DNA of 64,000 nucleotides. Origin: Candidatus Acidiferrales bacterium (lineage in GTDB: Bacteria > Patescibacteriota > Microgenomatia > Levybacterales > UBA12049). The notes beneath the pieces are model-generated. The model was not told where the DNA came from, made no database searches, and was given only the letters and a program-made list of their open reading frames with translations. Positions 28,875-37,435 of this stretch are shown here, one piece after another (position 1 is the stretch's first letter; every line of letters begins with the position of its first letter). Where the stretch lies: NCBI GenBank assembly GCA_035533875.1, contig DATLSZ010000031.1, forward strand, positions 871-64,870, written 5' to 3'. Position numbers and translations under genes: made by a program.

Positions 28875-29918
28875 ATGGAAAATAATTTACTTATTGTCGA
28901 TTCAACTCTCAGGGATGGCTCACACGCACTCGGTCATCAACTATCTGCTGAGATTATTACAACATACGCAAGGGGAGCTGAAGAAGCTAGACTTCCGTTA
29001 ATTATAGTTGGTCATGGAAACGGTCTAGGCGCTTCCTCCCTTCAACTTGGCATTTCATTATTACCTGATAAAGAAATGCTATTGACTGCAAAAAAGCAGT
29101 TAAAAAAAACCAAACTAGGAGCTTTTATGATACCGGGTTTTGGTACTATTAAGAATGATTTACAACCAGCTATTAAAATCGGGATTGAAGTGCTAATGGT
29201 CGCAAGTCATTGTACTGAAGCAAACATTACAAAAGAGCATATCATGTATGCAACAAGTACTGGTATAGAAACATATGGTGTACTTATGATGTCTCATATG
29301 ATATCAGCAGAAGAGCTCTTACAACAAGCATTATATATGCAATCATATGGCGCAAAAGGTGTATTGTTAATGGACTCTGCCGGTGCATATCTTCCCGAAG
29401 ATGTAACAAAAAAAGTTTCTACTTTGGTGAAAGGATTAAAAATCGCTGTTGGATTTCACGCGCACAATAATCTCGGAATGGCCATTGCAAATTCTGTTGC
29501 AGCGGTAAAGGCTGGGGCTACAATTATTGATACGACATCTCGAGGATTGGGAGCGGGTGCTGGAAATTGTCAGCTTGAAGTATTTGTAGCGGTGATGGAA
29601 AAAATGGGTATCAAGACTGAACTTAATTTATATAAACTTATGGATAATAGTGAATATATTGCAACAATTATGAAAAAGCCGCAAGAGATAAGCAGCATTG
29701 GGTTAACGAGCGGACTTGCTGGTGTTTTTTCAGGTTTTGCACCTCATGCGCTGAAACATGCAAAGACATTCAACCTTGATCCTCGTGATATACTTATGGA
29801 ATTGGGACGCAGAAAAGTCATCGCAGGACAGGAAGATATTATTATTGATGTAGCGGTATATTTGAAGAACAAAAATGATATAAAAGAAACAACAGATGAG
29901 ATTGAGGCGTTATTATAA
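28875..29918 (+). CDS. 4-hydroxy-2-oxovalerate aldolase, DmpG/MhpE family
   Basis: DSTLRDGSHALGHQ, VGHGNGLGASS, DSAGAYLPEDV, GFHAHNNLGMAIANS; 6 nt after the dehydrogenase gene. Confidence 0.85.
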   Translation: MENNLLIVDSTLRDGSHALGHQLSAEIITTYARGAEEARLPLIIVGHGNGLGASSLQLGISLLPDKEMLLTAKKQLKKTKLGAFMIPGFGTIKNDLQPAIKIGIEVLMVASHCTEANITKEHIMYATSTGIETYGVLMMSHMISAEELLQQALYMQSYGAKGVLLMDSAGAYLPEDVTKKVSTLVKGLKIAVGFHAHNNLGMAIANSVAAVKAGATIIDTTSRGLGAGAGNCQLEVFVAVMEKMGIKTELNLYKLMDNSEYIATIMKKPQEISSIGLTSGLAGVFSGFAPHALKHAKTFNLDPRDILMELGRRKVIAGQEDIIIDVAVYLKNKNDIKETTDEIEALL

Positions 29919-29921
29919 TCT

Positions 29922-31739
29922 ATGAATGTCGCAGACTTTATTATTAACTTTTTAAGCAGTAAAGGCGTTAATACTATTTTTATGGTAACCGGTGGTCAAG
30001 CAATGTTCTTAAATGATGCCGTCTTCAGGAATAAAAAAATAAAACCAATTTTTACTCATCATGAACAAGCTGCCAGTATGGCAGCAGAAGCGTATGGGAG
30101 AACAAAGGGAGATCTTGGCGTTGCAATGGTAACTGCCGGACCAGGAGCAATAAACGCGCTAAATGGCGTTGTCGGCGGATGGGTTGATTCTTCACCAATG
30201 ATGATCATTTCGGGACAAACAAATACTTCAGTAAGTCAATATATGATAGACCATCCAATACGCCAGTACGGCGTTCAAGGGATAAATACAAAAGCACACG
30301 TAAGTGCATCAACGAAATATTTTAAAACTGTCGACGATCCTGCAAAAATATTATACTATCTGGAAAAAGCCTATTATCTTGCGACAACAGGTCGAACAGG
30401 TCCTGTTTGGTTAGAAGTTCCCCTGGACATGCAGCGTACAGAAGTGCCTCTCAAACTCTTAAAAAAGTTTGAAAACCCAAGAGATACTATAAATGAAGTT
30501 TTGCTGAAACGTTCCACTGAAAATGTCATATCATCATTTTCAAAAGCAAAAAGACCACTCATTGTTGCCGGACAAGGAATACATATTGCCAAAGCTGAAA
30601 AAGAATTTGTTAAGCTTTTAAAAACACTTAAGCCTGCAGTTGTAACAACGCGGCTAGGTATTGACCTTATTAACAGCAATAATCCCTTATTCGTTGGACG
30701 TCCCGGTCTCTATGGAGATAGATATGCAAATATAGCAGTACAAAATGCGGATCTTATCTTAATTTTGGGAGCCAGAATGGACACTGGTATTATCGGATAT
30801 CATCCTCAAGACTGGGGAAGACATGCAAAAAAAATAGTAGTCGATAACGACGAAGAAGAATTAAAAAAACCTGGAATACGAATTGATCTTTCTATCAAAA
30901 ACGATATCAGTGACTTTCTCCAGATATTAAATCAAAAACTGACTAAGAAAAAAATGCCAAGTTATACAAAATGGATTACTATTTGTAACAACTGGAAAAA
31001 GAGATATCCTACTGTACTGCCTTCTTATAAAAATGAACATCCTGTTAACAGTTATTATTTTACTGAGCAATTATCACTTGCGGCAGATAAAAAAGACATG
31101 ATTCTTGTCGATACAAGTTCTCCTTTTCATGTCGTTTGTCAGGCATGGAATATAAAATTAGGTCAGCGTTTTTTAACTACCGGCGGAATTTCCACAATGG
31201 GATACTGGCCCGCGGGGATAGGGATGGCGATGACAGATCTTAAAAAAAGAACACTTATTCTTACAGGTGATGGTTGCTTGCAGATGAATCTTCAAGAATT
31301 GGCAACGATAAAACAAAATAACTTGCCAATCAAATTATTTATCTTTAATAACAATGGATATCTTCTCATCAGACATACACAAAAAACACATATGGAAGGT
31401 CGTTTCATGGGAGAAAGTCCTAAAACAGGTCTCTTTATTCCCGATTCAATCAAAATTGCAAAAGTGTATGGAATAAAAGGAGTAAGAATTCATAACACTA
31501 AAGAACTCGACAAAAAAATTAAAGAAGTTTTGGAATATCCAGGTCCGGTTATTTGTGACGTAATGACTCCGCAGTGGCAACTGATCATTCCACGAATCTC
31601 GTCTCAGAAAGCATCTGATGGAACACTGATTTCAAAACCTTATGAAGATCTGTTTCCTTTTTTAAGTACTGAAGAACTGAAAGCCAACATGGTTGCGGAA
31701 AAGAGTAAAAGTGAGGTCTCCATAATCGATGAAGAATAA
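29922..31739 (+). CDS. ThDP-dependent enzyme, acetolactate-synthase large-subunit/YerE-like
   Basis: N-terminal Pyr domain HEQAASMAAEAYGR..GVAMVTAGPGAINAL; ThDP motif LTGDGCLQMNLQEL...FIFNNNGY; 605 aa. No small regulatory subunit is adjacent. Confidence 0.85.
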   Translation: MNVADFIINFLSSKGVNTIFMVTGGQAMFLNDAVFRNKKIKPIFTHHEQAASMAAEAYGRTKGDLGVAMVTAGPGAINALNGVVGGWVDSSPMMIISGQTNTSVSQYMIDHPIRQYGVQGINTKAHVSASTKYFKTVDDPAKILYYLEKAYYLATTGRTGPVWLEVPLDMQRTEVPLKLLKKFENPRDTINEVLLKRSTENVISSFSKAKRPLIVAGQGIHIAKAEKEFVKLLKTLKPAVVTTRLGIDLINSNNPLFVGRPGLYGDRYANIAVQNADLILILGARMDTGIIGYHPQDWGRHAKKIVVDNDEEELKKPGIRIDLSIKNDISDFLQILNQKLTKKKMPSYTKWITICNNWKKRYPTVLPSYKNEHPVNSYYFTEQLSLAADKKDMILVDTSSPFHVVCQAWNIKLGQRFLTTGGISTMGYWPAGIGMAMTDLKKRTLILTGDGCLQMNLQELATIKQNNLPIKLFIFNNNGYLLIRHTQKTHMEGRFMGESPKTGLFIPDSIKIAKVYGIKGVRIHNTKELDKKIKEVLEYPGPVICDVMTPQWQLIIPRISSQKASDGTLISKPYEDLFPFLSTEELKANMVAEKSKSEVSIIDEE

Positions 31740-32583
31740 ATTGAAAGTTTTATTATTAGGAGGTTCTGGTTTTGTTGGTAAAAATATTTTGGAACAACTT
31801 TCTTCTAAATATATTATTCTCTCTCCTACACATCAAGAACTTGACCTTTTGAATGAAGAAGCAGTAGTAAAATTTTTTAGAAAGAATAAGCCTGATGTCG
31901 TTATTTATGCTATCAATCTCGGTGGAACTCGTAAAAAACAAGACACTGCCGATACGTTTAGTGATAACTTACAAATGTTCTTTAATGTTGTCAGATGCAA
32001 AAAATATTTTAAAAAAATGATCTTTCTTGGTTCTGGAGCAGAATACGATAAAAGAAATCCTCTTATCAAAGTAAAAGAAACCGATTTTGATAAAAGTATT
32101 CCTACGGATTATTATGGATTATATAAATATATTTGCTCTAAGTATATTGAGGGTTCTAAAAATATTATTAACTTAAGAATCTTTGGTCTATTCGGAAAGT
32201 ATGAAGACCATACAATAAGGTTTATCTCAAATGCAATTCGAAATGTAATTGATAACGGTTCAATTCTGATGAACCAAAACGTATATTTTGATTATGTTTA
32301 CATAAACGATTTTATTCGTATTCTCGATTATTTTATTTCTAATAAGCCAAAATATAAATTCTATAATATCGGAACTGGTAAACCTGTGGATCTTATCAAA
32401 ATTGCTCAAATGATAAACAAACTGGATGGGAAAAACAAGAAAATTATTATCAAAAAAACCGGGTTAGGCAAAGACTATACCTGTGACAATTCCCGGTTGA
32501 TAGAAGAACTACCTAATTTTTCATTCACACCTTTTCAAAAATCTTTGAAAATACTTTATCAATATTACTCTAAAAATAAGTAA
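31729..32583 (+). CDS. SDR NDP-sugar 4-ketoreductase (RmlD / GDP-fucose-synthase-like)
   Basis: LLLGGSGFVGKN, ELDLLNEEAVVKFFRKNKPDVVIYAI (RmlD/Fcl-type signature), YGLYKYICS (YxxxK). Confidence 0.65.
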   Translation: MKNKLKVLLLGGSGFVGKNILEQLSSKYIILSPTHQELDLLNEEAVVKFFRKNKPDVVIYAINLGGTRKKQDTADTFSDNLQMFFNVVRCKKYFKKMIFLGSGAEYDKRNPLIKVKETDFDKSIPTDYYGLYKYICSKYIEGSKNIINLRIFGLFGKYEDHTIRFISNAIRNVIDNGSILMNQNVYFDYVYINDFIRILDYFISNKPKYKFYNIGTGKPVDLIKIAQMINKLDGKNKKIIIKKTGLGKDYTCDNSRLIEELPNFSFTPFQKSLKILYQYYSKNK

Positions 32584-32586
32584 GTA

Positions 32587-33801
32587 TTATTTGTATATTT
32601 TTATAAACTTGTTAAATGTATCTTCTATTTTCTTGAGGTGCTTTTCTTCTAATCCTTGATGGCAACCAATTAAAAATCCTCGTTCCATTACTTCCTCTGT
32701 CATAGGAAAAGATTTCAAAAACGTTTTATGCTTTATGTTGCTAAACCCGGGTTGTTTGGTAATTACACCGGTAAATATCGGTCGAGTCTGAATGTTATTT
32801 TTTTCAAGAAATGTCAAAAGATCTACACGGCTGAAAGGAGCTAGTTTTTTTATTGTTAGCGGAAAAGCTAACCACTGTGTCTGAACAAGTGGATCTTGTT
32901 CCGGGAGTATAAATAGATTTTCATATTTCTTAAAGAATGAATGCAATTTTTTAAAATTAGTCTCTCTTATTTTTTTAAACTTATTCAGCTTTTTCAGCTG
33001 TGCATTACCAAAAGCAGAACCTATTTCCATTGGTAGAAAATTATACCCGATATCGGTGAAAATAAATTTAGCATCATACGGAAGTTGACCAATTTTAGTC
33101 TTATATCGAGATCCTATATCTTCTGTTTCCCCTATGAGAGCAGACCCTCTTCCCCACCCGCGTAATGTTTTTGCTTTATCTGCATACTTTTGTGAATCAA
33201 CTAAAAGCATTCCGCCATTTCCCCCTGCAGTAATAATATGCGATCCATAAAAACTGGTTGTACATATGTCCCCAAATTCGCCAACCTTCTTTTTGTTAAA
33301 TGTCGCTCCCAATGTATCACAAGAATCAAGAATAACAAACAAATTATGTTTTTTCGCGATCTTCTTAATTCTAACAAGATCCGGAACATTTCCGAGAAGA
33401 AATGGAATCATAAGAGCACGAGTCTTAGTGGTAATTGCTTTTTCAACTTGATCAAGATTGAGTATATAACTTCCCTTTTCGACATCAACAAATACTGGAA
33501 TAAGATCTTTCATAATAAGAGGAGCAACAGTTGTTGAAAAGGTGAGAATCGGTGTTATTACTTCCGACCCCTTTTGAATATTAAGAATTTCAATAGCAAG
33601 TAAATTAGCAGATGACCCTGAATTGACTGTAATACCAATTGATTTCCCAAAGAGAGAGGCAACTTTTTTTTCAAATTCTGCCGTTTCTTTCCCCATGATG
33701 GTACGGTGTTCACGTAAAACAGCTAGCACTCGTTCTTCTTCTTCTTTACCGTGGACCGCTAACCCATATGGAACTCGAAGATTATCTTGTTGTTTCGGCA
33801 T
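32587..33801 (-). CDS. DegT/DnrJ/EryC1-fold NDP-4-keto-6-deoxyhexose 3-dehydratase (E1/RfbH-ColD-like, His active site)
   Basis: VNSGSSANLLA, ILDSCDTLGA, SFYGSHIITAGG (His at the Lys position). Overall collinear with RfbH as recalled. Lacks the Cys-rich Fe-S motif. Confidence 0.7.
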   Translation of the reverse strand: MPKQQDNLRVPYGLAVHGKEEEERVLAVLREHRTIMGKETAEFEKKVASLFGKSIGITVNSGSSANLLAIEILNIQKGSEVITPILTFSTTVAPLIMKDLIPVFVDVEKGSYILNLDQVEKAITTKTRALMIPFLLGNVPDLVRIKKIAKKHNLFVILDSCDTLGATFNKKKVGEFGDICTTSFYGSHIITAGGNGGMLLVDSQKYADKAKTLRGWGRGSALIGETEDIGSRYKTKIGQLPYDAKFIFTDIGYNFLPMEIGSAFGNAQLKKLNKFKKIRETNFKKLHSFFKKYENLFILPEQDPLVQTQWLAFPLTIKKLAPFSRVDLLTFLEKNNIQTRPIFTGVITKQPGFSNIKHKTFLKSFPMTEEVMERGFLIGCHQGLEEKHLKKIEDTFNKFIKIYK

Positions 33802-33856
33802 AAATAGATTATATGGTTAAGAATATAACTTTGCAAGTAGAAATAGCTAAATTTTT

Positions 33857-35428
33857 TCATTCAAGCGATGCAATTAATGCAGTATCATAGGTATTCCATC
33901 TGGCGATAGAGGTATAACCTTTGAATTTATGAATATCTTCGTTTTGAACCATAACAAGCGGTTTATAAGCATAAATATATTGAGAAAGTTTTTGATCAAA
34001 TGGATACAAGCCTGAAGTAGCACCGCTGTAATTAACATAGAGAGGCAAAACATTAATCGAACTATCAGTAAAAGTCAAATAGAGTGGATCAGATGTATCT
34101 ATTACAAAATGCTTATTTGGATGTTTTTTTAAGTAATCATTCATAGTTTTTGATACATCCGCATAATATAACGCTTCTTTTGATGATACGTGCATACCTT
34201 TAAGCACATAAGGATAGGTCATATAAACATTATTCTTCTTAACTTTATTTATGGCATCTGAGATTCCACTAAGGGAAACAATTATAATTGAACATACTGT
34301 TACTAGTAAAAAAAATAAAGATAGTATTTGTAGTAGCTTTTGTCTTTGTTTAATATAATTAAATTTCCTAAAAACGTCCGTTTGGTTGTAGGCTTTATTT
34401 AAGAAATATACGAATAAGCCAATTGCAGGAGTTATAGCCCAGTACTCATGAGAATCATCTACTGTCGGATATATTTGAATTAATGATGAGATACAAATAA
34501 TACTGACGCCAAAATTTTTGATTGAATTTATATCTTTATTATTTTTTAGTGAAATAAATGATTTGATGAAAAATAGTAAAACGCATAAATTGATTAGTAA
34601 ATACAATGGATGAGTATAAAAATAATAACCAGCAGTTATTAAAAATGAGTTCCCGATTATTCGACCCTCAATATAACCTTCACGGATATTTTGCAACCAA
34701 TAATCCCACGTGGCATTATTTGCAATTAACCAAATAAAAAATGTGCTATAAGTTGTCAGGAATCCTGCGGTAAGTGTCCTAATGCTTTGTAAAGCAACTT
34801 TTTTATTCAAAATTTTAAAAAAGTATAATATGATAAAAAAAGTATTGAGTGCTAAAAAAAGTAGTAAATAAGGCTGTTTTGATAGAAATGCAAGACAAGC
34901 AACAATTCCCAAAACAAATATATCGAAAGATGATTTAAAAATTTTTCTATCTTTTATAAATTGAAATTTGTCTAAAAATATAAAGAGTGCAATGGTAGTA
35001 AATAACATTCCATAAACGGAAGCCCATGGGAATAGAATACTATAATAATAAGGCGCTAAAAATACCCAAAGAATTAATGAAACAACAGTAAGTTTAACCG
35101 AAAGATACTTCTCCCAAATCAGCCAAAGGAATAATCCGGTAATTGCATAAAGTATCGCAGTGGTTAACCGTATAACTAATACATATTGACCAAATAAATA
35201 AACCGAAATTCCTTGAATAAATGACGGTATTGGACCATAATGCGTATAGGTATCTCTAAAAAGTATTTTCCCCTGGGATATGTCAACCGCTGTTTTAAAC
35301 ATTATGCCGTCATGATGAGAATCGATATCAAATTGTGCGAAAAAAGAAGCAATTGCCAAAACAGAGAAAAATATCACTATCATTAACAAAATCCTGAATA
35401 TATTACTGTTTCTAAAAGTCTGTTTCAT
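33857..35428 (-). CDS. Polytopic membrane protein, GT-C-like
   Basis: 523 aa, more than 10 helices. First-loop motif DIDSHHDGIMFKTAVDISQGKILFRDTYTHYGP resembles that of 15426..16916; C-terminal soluble domain. Confidence 0.45.
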   Translation of the reverse strand: MKQTFRNSNIFRILLMIVIFFSVLAIASFFAQFDIDSHHDGIMFKTAVDISQGKILFRDTYTHYGPIPSFIQGISVYLFGQYVLVIRLTTAILYAITGLFLWLIWEKYLSVKLTVVSLILWVFLAPYYYSILFPWASVYGMLFTTIALFIFLDKFQFIKDRKIFKSSFDIFVLGIVACLAFLSKQPYLLLFLALNTFFIILYFFKILNKKVALQSIRTLTAGFLTTYSTFFIWLIANNATWDYWLQNIREGYIEGRIIGNSFLITAGYYFYTHPLYLLINLCVLLFFIKSFISLKNNKDINSIKNFGVSIICISSLIQIYPTVDDSHEYWAITPAIGLFVYFLNKAYNQTDVFRKFNYIKQRQKLLQILSLFFLLVTVCSIIIVSLSGISDAINKVKKNNVYMTYPYVLKGMHVSSKEALYYADVSKTMNDYLKKHPNKHFVIDTSDPLYLTFTDSSINVLPLYVNYSGATSGLYPFDQKLSQYIYAYKPLVMVQNEDIHKFKGYTSIARWNTYDTALIASLE

Positions 35429-35560
35429 AAAAAAATTTCATAGAGTCACATCAATAATCTATACATCGTTTAAACATATTTATCCAAATAGCCTATTTGA
35501 CCAATCATTGACTCATCATTTATTATATCTCATCTGAAACGATCTTGAATCATCCATTCT

Positions 35561-35628
35561 ATTTACTCACTACTATAATTTATAATATTTCCAAAAATAT
35601 ATTGATGTGTTATAGTTAGTGAGTAAAT
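35561..35628. promoter_or_regulatory. Long imperfect inverted repeat in the divergent intergenic region upstream of the paralog pair
   Basis: atttactcactactataa (35561-35578) against ttatagttagtgagtaaat (35610-35628): 12 bp perfect plus 6 bp after a 1-nt bulge, 31-nt spacer, ending 19 nt before ATG 35648. Confidence 0.5.
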
Positions 35629-35647
35629 TGATATATATAATTAAACT

Positions 35648-37435
35648 ATGGTAGATCCATATCACATGGTACTGGTAAATGTAATAGCAAGCATAATCCT
35701 ATTAATTGGTATCGTTATTTATTATTACATTTACCCAAAAAAAAAGATTAATCTTCTTTTTTTATTAATTATTATTTCCCTTTTGCCTCTGATAAGCTTA
35801 CTCAGGAAAGGAACATATGAGAGCGGACTTTTATCAGAAAATGTTGGTGTTGTAATTTCATTTTATAATTCACTCATGGATGGTATTTTGAAGCCGATGT
35901 GGTCTGCAAATGCTTGCTCAGGATACGGATGTCCGTTATTTATTTTTCAATACCCGCTTCCCTTTTATGTCGCATCTTTTTTCCATTACGTAGGATTTTC
36001 ATTTATATCAAGTGTAAAATTAATGCTCGCTGTAGCATTTATTGCATCCGGCGTGGCAATGTATTTCTGGGCTAAAGACGAGTTAGGAAAAATCTCAGGA
36101 TTCAGTGCCTCGATTTTTTATTTATTTGCACCATATCATCTCGCTTCGATGCATTTTAGAGTTTCAGTCGGTGAAGTCCTTTCATTTGTTTTTCCACCAC
36201 TCGTACTTTTATTCTCAAAAAAAATAGTTGAAACTGGTAAATTCTATTGGATATTTTTAAGCGCTGCGGCTCTTGCTTTATTAGTACTCTCACATCAAGT
36301 AACGTCTTTTGCCACATTTCCTTTTATTATCGCTTATATTATTTTTATGTATTTCAGAAATAAAAATAAAGAAATCAAATATTTTCTTTACAGTTTTATG
36401 TCAATTTTATTAGGAATATTTCTATCTGCTTTTTACTGGATACCTGTACTGGCCGAAAGGAACTATATGAAATTAGCGTTAGCTAACGAAGTTGTGTTTC
36501 AACCCTTTTGGTATTATATTTATTCACCATTTCAATATCGTTTTGGCTTATTATTTCAAGGACAACATGGTGAGCTGTATACAAATGTTGGATATGCTTC
36601 TCTTATAATCTTAGCAATATCTTTATTTCTTCACTTTACAAACAGAATAAATAAATCAAATAGAAGTTTCTACTTATTTTTGCTCGTATCTTTTTTTATC
36701 TATTTCATCATGATGCAACAAATAACAAGTCCTATATGGTACTCAAATCACATTTTAATTGATATTGAATTTACTTGGCGTTTTTTAATTGAAATTTCTT
36801 TTATTATTGCTATGATTGCTGGAATTACTCTCAAATCTATTAACAAAAAATGGTTTACAATACTAGTTTGTATGTTTGCGATACTAGTCACAATCCTTAA
36901 TTGGGGGAACAGAAAAATGCTTTCGCAGGTTACAGATACAAATTTTATAAATGCTCCTATGTATATTGAAAAACCATGTATAACAGAGCTATCAACTCCA
37001 ATTTGGGTAGATAATTGTGCTTCTTGGATAGGTACATTTCCCAAAAATCATCTTCAAGTTTTAAAGGGTAATGCGACTGTCAAACAAATTTATCGGACAT
37101 CGATAAAACATTCTTATGTTGTTGATGCAAATACACGTGTACTATTAAAAGAAAATACCTATTATTATCCGGGTTGGACTGTTTATGCAAATGATAAGGA
37201 AATTCCTATTATTAAAAATAATTCACAATACAAAGGAATAATCACGTTTAATCTTCCAAAGGGGTTATATAAAATTGATGTTGTATTTAAAAGAACTCTT
37301 GACCGTATAATCGGAGATACTATCAGCTTAATTACGTTTATTTTACTCATAATAATCGCTCTTTTAAAAAAAATATTACTTTTATTAAATAGTAAAAAGT
37401 TTAAAAAAAGTAAACGATTAATAATTAAACTATGA
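35648..37435 (+). CDS. YfhO/PTPS-related-type polytopic membrane protein (putative GT-C), paralog A
   Basis: 595 aa, multi-TM; C-terminal extracytoplasmic domain with ENTYYYPGWTVYANDKEIPI and a terminal TM helix. About half of the residues are identical to 37432..39198 by eye. Confidence 0.6.
   Translation: MVDPYHMVLVNVIASIILLIGIVIYYYIYPKKKINLLFLLIIISLLPLISLLRKGTYESGLLSENVGVVISFYNSLMDGILKPMWSANACSGYGCPLFIFQYPLPFYVASFFHYVGFSFISSVKLMLAVAFIASGVAMYFWAKDELGKISGFSASIFYLFAPYHLASMHFRVSVGEVLSFVFPPLVLLFSKKIVETGKFYWIFLSAAALALLVLSHQVTSFATFPFIIAYIIFMYFRNKNKEIKYFLYSFMSILLGIFLSAFYWIPVLAERNYMKLALANEVVFQPFWYYIYSPFQYRFGLLFQGQHGELYTNVGYASLIILAISLFLHFTNRINKSNRSFYLFLLVSFFIYFIMMQQITSPIWYSNHILIDIEFTWRFLIEISFIIAMIAGITLKSINKKWFTILVCMFAILVTILNWGNRKMLSQVTDTNFINAPMYIEKPCITELSTPIWVDNCASWIGTFPKNHLQVLKGNATVKQIYRTSIKHSYVVDANTRVLLKENTYYYPGWTVYANDKEIPIIKNNSQYKGIITFNLPKGLYKIDVVFKRTLDRIIGDTISLITFILLIIIALLKKILLLLNSKKFKKSKRLIIKL

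Noticed and set aside
27990-29918. Reading the DmpF/DmpG-like pair as part of an aromatic or steroid meta-cleavage catabolic pathway
   Set aside because: No extradiol dioxygenase, hydrolase, hydratase (DmpE/MhpD) or decarboxylase is present anywhere in the window. The pair is translationally coupled to a GT2 and a ThDP enzyme inside a nucleotide-sugar operon.
29922-31739. Reading the ThDP enzyme as IlvB (branched-chain amino-acid acetolactate synthase)
   Set aside because: No ilvN, ilvC or ilvD genes are nearby. The context is flanked by sugar-modifying genes, and it matches the known YerE-type use of AHAS homologs. This still needs phylogeny.
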